A stretch of 64,000 bases of DNA, from assembly GCA_910577205.1 (NCBI GenBank), contig CAJTMA010000010.1:56-64055 (forward strand), given 5' to 3'. Positions 57,811 to 64,000 of the stretch are shown here, piece after piece; positions within the stretch are counted from its first letter, which is position 1, and each line of letters opens with the position of its first letter. The translations under genes and the position numbers were made by a program. Under the pieces are notes generated by a model. It ran no database searches and was not told the DNA's origin. It saw nothing but the letters and a program-made list of their open reading frames with translations. The DNA comes from an uncultured Alphaproteobacteria bacterium. Its GTDB lineage: Bacteria > Pseudomonadota > Alphaproteobacteria > RF32 > CAG-239.

Positions 57811-57863
57811 AATGATTGTAAGGCAAAATAGTTAATTTGCAATGAAAAAAGAATGGCCGTTAT

Positions 57864-58412
57864 TGTCATCCCCGGCTTGATTATTCGTTGCCTTGGCGAA
57901 TTCAGCGTCAGTATGAATAGAATAATCGTTGACCGGGAAACTCGGATAAAGATAGTTTTATTAGTTAACCTGAATTACCCGATTAAGTCGGGTAATGACG
58001 TTTTTTTGATGCCCTGCCATGCAGCCCGCACCCAACGTGTGGGGCATTGCGAGCGAAGTAAGTAATTGATTAAACGTCATTGGAGCGCGACAGCTTCACT
58101 GCTTGCTCACTATGTTTCGAGGAACAACGTGACGAAGTAATCTCGGCTAATTGATAAGGTATTCCCCTATAACTGTCATAGCGAGGAGCACCCGAATGTC
58201 GGGTGCGACGTGGCTATCTCAGCGATATTAATAAGGCCGGGATTACATCGCTCCGCTCGTGATGACAATGCTTTATTTGTTCTGGATTCCCAATCAGCTC
58301 GCTTTGCTCGCGTTTGGAATGACATTCTTTGCCTTAGATGCAGTCTGCGTCCCGCCATGCAGCCCGCAGCCAACGTGTGGGTCATAGCGAGGGACAACTC
58401 AGCTATCCCGGC
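57864..58412. repeat. Cluster of REP/RPE-like palindromic elements
   Basis: GTCATCCCCGGC..CCGGG, TTACCCGA/TCGGGTAATGAC, GTCAT(A/T)GCGAG..CGACGTGGCTATCTC, CGCTCGTGATGAC, GGATTCCC..GGAATGAC; 38-bp direct repeat at 58016 and 58354. Confidence 0.7.
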
Positions 58413-58475
58413 AAAATCCCAATTATTATAAATACAAAATATATCTTGACAAATTTAAAGAAAAAATGCAATATG

Positions 58476-58664
58476 GGACAAAATTAGCCGCAAGGCGGTA
58501 TCCGCCGACAGGTCGAATTAAAATTAAAACAATTTTTTCGAAGCGGGAAATTTATAAACCATAACTAACTCCAAATAAGCAGGTTTATAAATTGGTTTCG
58601 AAACAGGCAGGCTCTGCGGAGGCTGCGTGAAAAAAGGGACTGATGTCATGTCAGCCCCTTTTCA
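58476..58664 (+). ncRNA. Candidate sRNA
   Basis: TTGACA-N17-CAATAT promoter, long imperfect stem, terminator; no ORF. Confidence 0.4.
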
Positions 58665-58680
58665 TTATGCAGCTTTCTGG

Positions 58681-59190
58681 TTAGATTGATTGCAGGGCGT
58701 ACAAATCTTTGACAGCCCAGCTGCCGGATTTGTTGCTTAACACATAAACAATATTGCCTTTGCATAAACCAAACCATACGCCGTTACAATCGCTTTTGGT
58801 ATAAACTTCAACCGTATTGGCATCAATCGGTTTCAAGCGGACAATCTGAAAGCTTGCTTTACTTGGACGTTGCAAGCTGTCATCTTCCATGAATGTAAAT
58901 TTAGGCAGCTTTTTCGGATCGCATTCTGCAAGTTTGTGGTCGATTGTGCATTTAACCTGCATATCAATAGCGCAGACAATATCACTTCCTTTATCACAAC
59001 CTTGCGGAAGATTTCCCGATTCGTAATTATAAACAATATCTTCGAATTGAATATCAAATTGCGGTTTGGCGACCATTTGTTCGCCGGCTTCCAGTTGTTG
59101 TTCGGTTTGTGCCTGAGTTGTTTCTTCCTGTTTGTCAGAGCAGGCGCTGATGAGCAAAACGGCGCTTAATGCCGCCCAAAATTTTTTCAT
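58681..59190 (-). CDS. Lipoprotein with 6 further Cys residues
   Basis: Lipobox ISAC; SD AAGGA. Confidence 0.7.
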   Translation of the reverse strand: MKKFWAALSAVLLISACSDKQEETTQAQTEQQLEAGEQMVAKPQFDIQFEDIVYNYESGNLPQGCDKGSDIVCAIDMQVKCTIDHKLAECDPKKLPKFTFMEDDSLQRPSKASFQIVRLKPIDANTVEVYTKSDCNGVWFGLCKGNIVYVLSNKSGSWAVKDLYALQSI

Positions 59191-59300
59191 GATAACAAAT
59201 CCTTATGTTCTGTTGGTGATGTATAAAGTAATAAATCTTCTTTAGTCAGCTGTCTACAAAGATTTAATACCTCTCATTAAAAAATTAAACCTTTGGTTAT

Positions 59301-59330
59301 AAAAAAAGGAGGAAGCGAACTTCCCCCTTT
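59301..59330 (-). terminator. Terminator of the OMP gene
   Basis: AAAAGG(A)GGAAG/CTTCCCCTTTT. Confidence 0.65.
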
Positions 59331-59348
59331 TGACGACTATCTTTCAAA

Positions 59349-59912
59349 TTAGAAAGAGTATCTAACGCCTGCGGAGTATTCCCACATATCGTTAACATCT
59401 TCAACATCATTGATGTTAACATAGCGAACCAAACCGCGAACAGCAACATTTTCATCAACCTGATACTGCAAGCCGCCGCCAAAACGGTAGCCGATACCAC
59501 GGTCACGATGGTGCTTCGGAGCATCAATCCCACGGAATTTAGCATCAAACTCATATTCGCCGATACCAGCAGTTCCGACCAAAGAGAAAACCTGATCGCA
59601 ACCTAACGGCAGATAACCCATCAAATCCAAACCATAAGCTTGGAATTTGGTTTTAGCGCGCAAATCATGATCAACGCCTTTGTTATCTGTGTCAGAATAC
59701 TGATAGAAAACTTCTGTTCCGAAATATTTGTTATATTCCGTACCGACGTTAACGGAAGCAGAATTGTATTTCGGGCTGATACCGTCATAATCAGCATCAG
59801 TATAGGTGTAATCAACACCAACATACGGCTTGAAAGATTCGGCGGCATTAGCATTGGCGCTCAAAGCCAAAACAGATACAGCGGCAAATAAAGAAGAAAC
59901 AGCAAATTTCAT
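59349..59912 (-). CDS. 8-stranded outer-membrane beta-barrel protein (OmpA-TM-like)
   Basis: Signal peptide, alternating aromatic strands, C-terminal GVRYSF. Confidence 0.88.
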   Translation of the reverse strand: MKFAVSSLFAAVSVLALSANANAAESFKPYVGVDYTYTDADYDGISPKYNSASVNVGTEYNKYFGTEVFYQYSDTDNKGVDHDLRAKTKFQAYGLDLMGYLPLGCDQVFSLVGTAGIGEYEFDAKFRGIDAPKHHRDRGIGYRFGGGLQYQVDENVAVRGLVRYVNINDVEDVNDMWEYSAGVRYSF

Positions 59913-60119
59913 AAGATTAGTTCCTTTCGTTTAAGTTGAACAACCGGGCTGAAAAATAATATTCCCGGCATTTGGTTATGGCTTACTATATCGCATATTT
60001 CTGAAATGTGAAGTAAAAATATATTACTATTGTTACAAACTATAAATTAACCATCTTTGAAATAAGGTTGTCTAAAGGCATAAAAAGTGCTATAACAAAT
60101 AGTTGACGGAGGAATATAG

Positions 60120-60698
60120 ATGACGCGTAATAATGAATTCGGCCGCAGCATGATTGAGATTTTAGGAGTCTTGGCGATTATCGGTATGGTAACGATGTCC
60201 ATCAGCAAGCTGATTGGCAGTATGCATGACCGTTATAAAGTCAGCCGGGTTACCCAGCAGATTACCGATTTGCGCAAGAATATCAGCAATCGTTATGTTG
60301 CCTATGGGGATTATTCTGTTATTGATGTGCCCGAAATGATTTCCGGCAAAGTTATTTCCGGAGATATGGTGGAGGGTGAAAATGTGTGGCACGCCTATAA
60401 TGGCGCGGTAGAATTTTCCGGAGATAAAGATACCTATCAGATTACATTCAGAGATTTGCCTCACCGGGTCTGCCTGGAACTGGCGCTGATGAATTGGCAG
60501 TTCAACGGTGATTCTGATTTGCTCAGAATAAAAATTAATGATACTGAGTTTAACTGGCCGGTTATGGCTGGCGCGGGAAGCAAAGAAATGCCGGTAAGCA
60601 TCGGCGATGCAGCGGCGGCTTGCGTCATCTTGCCGACGGAAGATAAACCCGGTGCGATTATTGAAGATGATAATGATATAACTTGGACATTCCGCTGA
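60120..60698 (+). CDS. Type IV pilin-like protein (PilS-like domain)
   Basis: G|RSMIEILGVLAIIG class III signal with Glu at +5; YQITFRDLPHRVCLELA; Cys pair. Confidence 0.8.
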   Translation: MTRNNEFGRSMIEILGVLAIIGMVTMSISKLIGSMHDRYKVSRVTQQITDLRKNISNRYVAYGDYSVIDVPEMISGKVISGDMVEGENVWHAYNGAVEFSGDKDTYQITFRDLPHRVCLELALMNWQFNGDSDLLRIKINDTEFNWPVMAGAGSKEMPVSIGDAAAACVILPTEDKPGAIIEDDNDITWTFR

Positions 60699-61117
60699 TG
60701 ATTAAAGTTGATGATGTAAATAAAGTTAAGGATTTGGGAACTTCCAAAACCAGAAAAGCCAGCGGCGGCGAAAGCTTCTCCGCTTATCTGAGCGAAACAA
60801 TGAAGCCTAAATCCGCGCCGGTGGGCGGAAGTGTCGGCATCAATATTGCAGACGGTGTTCTTGCCGCGCAGATGGTTAATGGCGAAGAGGAAAAAGAGCG
60901 CCGCAAACTGCTGGTGAAACGCGGGCAGACTCTGTTGGAAAAATTGGAAGAAATCCGTGACGGCCTGCTGATGGGTTATATTTCCCGTGACCGTTTGATT
61001 GAAATTTCACGACAGGTAAAAGACAACCGTTACCAATCGGATGACCCGCGCCTGCAAGAGATTTTGAGCGAAATAGAATTGCGAGTCGAAGTTGAATTGG
61101 CAAAATTGATGAAATAA
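60698..61117 (+). CDS. fliX: Flagellar assembly regulator FliX
   Basis: RGQTLLEKLEEIRDGLL.G, DPRLQEILSEIELRVEVELAK; upstream of dksA; TGATG coupling. Confidence 0.85.
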   Translation: MIKVDDVNKVKDLGTSKTRKASGGESFSAYLSETMKPKSAPVGGSVGINIADGVLAAQMVNGEEEKERRKLLVKRGQTLLEKLEEIRDGLLMGYISRDRLIEISRQVKDNRYQSDDPRLQEILSEIELRVEVELAKLMK

Positions 61118-61214
61118 GAGGAATAAAAGGACTTTTTTGCTTGCAGTCAAGAGTTGAAATGAGTATTTTGCTTGCTATATGAACCATTTATTAATTATCC
61201 GAAGGAGAGCCGAT

Positions 61215-61646
61215 ATGGATATGGATGCTGCTGTTATTCTTCCGCCTGACTATGTTCCGTCAGCTGATGAAGAATATATGAACGAGTTACAAATTGAATA
61301 TTTCCGCCGCAAATTGGTTGAGTGGAAAAAATCTTTGTTGAACCAGTCGCAAGATACGCTGGAAGATTTGCGCCAAGGCGGTTTGAACCAGCCGGACGAT
61401 ATTGACCGTGCTTCTATGGAAACAGACAAAGCCCTTGACTTGCGCACCAAAGACCGTGCCCGCAAGCTGATTAGCAAAATCAATGAAGCCTTAAAACGTA
61501 TTGAAGACGGCACTTACGGCTATTGCGAAGAAACCGGCGAACCCATCGGTCTGGACAGATTGGAAGCCCGCCCGGTTGCCACATTGTCGATTGAAGCGCA
61601 GGAACGCCACGAACGGATGGAAAAAACTTACGACGACGAGGCTTAA
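61215..61646 (+). CDS. dksA: RNA polymerase-binding factor DksA
   Basis: DDIDRAS, YGYCEETGEPIG..RLEARP; alpha-type single Cys. Confidence 0.95.
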   Translation: MDMDAAVILPPDYVPSADEEYMNELQIEYFRRKLVEWKKSLLNQSQDTLEDLRQGGLNQPDDIDRASMETDKALDLRTKDRARKLISKINEALKRIEDGTYGYCEETGEPIGLDRLEARPVATLSIEAQERHERMEKTYDDEA

Positions 61647-61654
61647 TCTGTCTG

Positions 61655-62227
61655 ATGGCTGAAAAGAACTTTATTCTGGCTTCGGGATCTGTACCGCGGC
61701 GTCAGTTGCTTGAGCAAATCGGTTACACGCCGAAGCAGATTGACCCTGCGGATATTGATGAAACGACCCGCAAATTTGAAACCCCGACAGCTTATGTCAA
61801 ACGGATGGCTGTAGAAAAGGCTTCAGTTGTTGCCGCTCGCCATCCGGGAGAAGTTGTGCTGGCTTGTGATACTGTCGTTGTGGTCGGCAATAAGGTTTTG
61901 CACAAGTCCCAAACCCCGGAAGAACAAACAGCCGTAATGGAGCTGCTGTCCGGCAAGGCTCATCGCGTGTTGAGTGCCGTTTGTGTCATAGATGCATCAG
62001 GCCGTCGGGCGCTGCGTTGCGTTGCGACCCGTATCGTTATGAAAAAGCTGACCCCGGCAGAAATCCGCGCTTATGTTGCCGGCCGTGAATGGGTAGGCTG
62101 CTGCGGTTATAAAATTGAGGGCGAATTGGCCGGCTATGTCCGGAAAATCATCGGCTCTTACAGCGGCGTTGTCGGTCTGCCTTTATATGAAACCAAGAAT
62201 TTGTTAGATGGTGCAGGTGTAAAATGA
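61655..62227 (+). CDS. maf: Maf-family nucleotide pyrophosphatase
   Basis: LASGS.PRR, IDE, CDTVV, SYSGVVGLP. Confidence 0.9.
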   Translation: MAEKNFILASGSVPRRQLLEQIGYTPKQIDPADIDETTRKFETPTAYVKRMAVEKASVVAARHPGEVVLACDTVVVVGNKVLHKSQTPEEQTAVMELLSGKAHRVLSAVCVIDASGRRALRCVATRIVMKKLTPAEIRAYVAGREWVGCCGYKIEGELAGYVRKIIGSYSGVVGLPLYETKNLLDGAGVK

Positions 62228-63393
62228 GTATTGATACAATAGTTTATGAAAAACACAATTCTGCTGCAACTTTGGCTCTGCTGGAAGACGGCAATTTACT
62301 GGAATTGATTTTTGCGAATGAAAATGCTGCGGCTGAAGGCAACATCTATCTGGGAAGAATTACCCGTAAAATTGAACTGGCTCATGACAAAGTCGGTTTT
62401 TTTATAGACATTAATGATGGGCACGATGCTTTTCTGAATGCCGAAGAATATGGCCTCAAAGATGTCAATTACAACGAAGGGCAGAGCATTGTCGTTCAGG
62501 TTTCTCAGGAAAAACGCGCCGAAAAAGGGGCTAAAGTTGTTCGCTCTATCCAATTTGTCGGCGAGCATATTGTGTATTGCCCGTATCGCATGACGGTTGA
62601 AGCTTCTCCGCGCATTGAAGATAAAGAAAAACTTGCGGCTTACCGGGAAAAAGTTCTGGAACATACTACGGGGCAGGAAGGTTGGATTCTCCGCACCTCT
62701 TCGGTCGATGTGCCTTTTGCGGTTATTGCCGCAGAAATGGAAAATCTGCGCAATACTTATGATGCGGTTCGCATGAAAGCCCGTTCGGCAAAAGCGCCGG
62801 CGCTGCTTTATGCAAAAGCTTCTCCTTTGCAGGAAGAAATTAACCGTTGTGCTGAAAGCCTGCGCCGGGTGATTGTCAATAATCATAATATTGAGAATGA
62901 ACTCAAAGAAGAATTTGCCGGCCGGTTTGACATTGATTATATGCCTGAACCCGTCGAAGAATTGGGGTTGGAAGATGCGATTTCCGATGCCTTGCTGAAA
63001 GAAGTCAAACTGCCGTCCGGCGGACGTTTAAGCATTGAAGAAACCAAAGCCTGTGTCTGTATAGATGTGGACAGCGGTGCAGATAACGGCCGCGGCTCAA
63101 TTTCTGCGCTTAATCAGGAAGCGGCTGTCGAGATTGCCAAGCAGATTCGTTTGCGTAATCTGTCCGGCAAAATTATTATCGATTTCGCAGGTTCTTCAGA
63201 ATATAAGTTTATCAAACCTGTTCTGGAAACACTTGAAGCCGAATTGGCTAAAGACAGCAATAAAGGCCGCATTCTGGGGTTAAGCAAAGCCGGCAACGTT
63301 GAAGTGGTTCGCGTTCGCCGCCGCCCGACCTTGCAGGATGTATTAAGCGTTGAGTGCGAATGCTGCCAGGGAACGGGCCGGGTGATGAAATGA
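62224..63393 (+). CDS. rng: Ribonuclease E/G family (short, RNase G-like)
   Basis: GNIYLGRI S1 domain, IDVDSG, IRLRNLSGKIIIDF, CECCQGTG. Confidence 0.85.
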   Translation: MSIDTIVYEKHNSAATLALLEDGNLLELIFANENAAAEGNIYLGRITRKIELAHDKVGFFIDINDGHDAFLNAEEYGLKDVNYNEGQSIVVQVSQEKRAEKGAKVVRSIQFVGEHIVYCPYRMTVEASPRIEDKEKLAAYREKVLEHTTGQEGWILRTSSVDVPFAVIAAEMENLRNTYDAVRMKARSAKAPALLYAKASPLQEEINRCAESLRRVIVNNHNIENELKEEFAGRFDIDYMPEPVEELGLEDAISDALLKEVKLPSGGRLSIEETKACVCIDVDSGADNGRGSISALNQEAAVEIAKQIRLRNLSGKIIIDFAGSSEYKFIKPVLETLEAELAKDSNKGRILGLSKAGNVEVVRVRRRPTLQDVLSVECECCQGTGRVMK

Positions 63394-63602
63394 GCGACGT
63401 CATCAAAACCCATAAATGCCCGATTTGCCATAAAATAGCGCCGGAAAACAAATATAAGCCTTTCTGCTCCAAACGGTGCGCCGATATAGACTTGGGAAAT
63501 TGGTTCAGCGAAAGCTATACTGTCCCTGCTGTGGAATTGGATGATACCGAAATTGAACAGCTTCAGGAAGCCTTGGATAAAACGCCAGAAAATGAAGAAT
63601 AA
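63390..63602 (+). CDS. yacG: DNA gyrase inhibitor YacG
   Basis: CPICHK..PFCSKRCADIDLGNW. Confidence 0.93.
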   Translation: MSDVIKTHKCPICHKIAPENKYKPFCSKRCADIDLGNWFSESYTVPAVELDDTEIEQLQEALDKTPENEE

Positions 63603-63603
63603 T

Positions 63604-63630
63604 AAGAACCCCGCTTAATGCGGGGCTCTT
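63604..63630. terminator. Bidirectional terminator
   Basis: AAGAACCCCGC/GCGGGGCTCTT. Confidence 0.75.
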
Positions 63631-63634
63631 TAGA

Positions 63635-64000
63635 TTAAATATTTTTGTAAGGAACAAAAAAGAAGCTCGGATTTTTTCCTTTTGCTTTAATTGAATCTCC
63701 AGGCGAAACTTGAGAATAGAAAAATGTATATATTTCCTGCCATCCTGTTCCAGAAACCTCATTTCCGTTAATCATAACATAAGCCCCTTGATTAATAATA
63801 TCTTGTATTTTGCCGATAATAATACCATAACTGCTGACATAATAGGTTGAAGAAACAGGATTGATTGATTTCTTTTTACTCCAATCCAAAACCATGTTTT
63901 TAACCGCCTCAGATTTTTTTGTGCAGTTAAAGTAAGAGGAATTGAAAGGGCATTTGAGCGGTTCATTGAGGCAGTCGGTAGTTGCTCCGGTATATTTATA
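63635..64000 (-). CDS. 5'-truncated Cys-rich-module protein with a tail-fibre-like C-terminal domain
   Basis: Frame stays open to the window edge: YKYTGATTDCLNEPLKCPFNSSYFNC then MVLDWS..YGII..ING.EV..VSPGD..FVPYK. Confidence 0.7.
   Translation of the reverse strand, partial: YKYTGATTDCLNEPLKCPFNSSYFNCTKKSEAVKNMVLDWSKKKSINPVSSTYYVSSYGIIIGKIQDIINQGAYVMINGNEVSGTGWQEIYTFFYSQVSPGDSIKAKGKNPSFFFVPYKNI

Noticed and set aside
58016-58391. 38-bp direct repeat pair as CRISPR or att sites
   Set aside because: Only two copies, about 340 bp apart, embedded in REP-like palindromes; no integrase
57663-58431. Short ORFs 57663..57869, 57853..58065, 58176..58397 and 58210..58431
   Set aside because: They overlap structured RNA or palindromic repeats and lack SDs and protein-like features
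63772-63966. Separate 64-aa ORF implying a frameshifted gene
   Set aside because: The 63635 frame is itself open to the window edge and encodes the Cys module

Overview
Chromosomal window (roughly mid-40s %GC by eye) from an anaerobic alphaproteobacterium. The evidence is alpha-type psd-pssA, der-bamB, tkt, fliX-dksA, flbT, alpha-type flagellins, the [FeFe]-hydrogenase maturases hydF/hydG and a GRSMIE-type pilin. This mix suggests a gut RF32/Rhodospirillales-like lineage, which is an inference. The housekeeping backbone is bat-like genes, tyrS, anmK-like, ileS2, alr, tatD, tcdA, uup, tRNA-Leu, rlmD, maf, rng and yacG. Accessory material interleaved with it includes: (i) three members of a modular family with a shared Cys-rich N-terminal module fused to different C-terminal domains (Lcl/DUF1566-like or phage-tail-fibre-like); (ii) three large signal-less orphan proteins, two of them paralogues with hydrophobic helices and DxNxNG motifs; (iii) flbT and three flagellins followed by a divergent RelA/SpoT-type synthetase and a Sel1 protein; (iv) two sequence-unrelated but topologically matching structured RNA leaders in front of XRE genes; (v) a candidate sRNA beside a nested REP-like cluster; and (vi) an Ile-rich leader peptide upstream of ileS. 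No CRISPR array, rRNA, integrase, transposase or reverse transcriptase was seen. All calls come from reading motifs by eye; no database searches were run.
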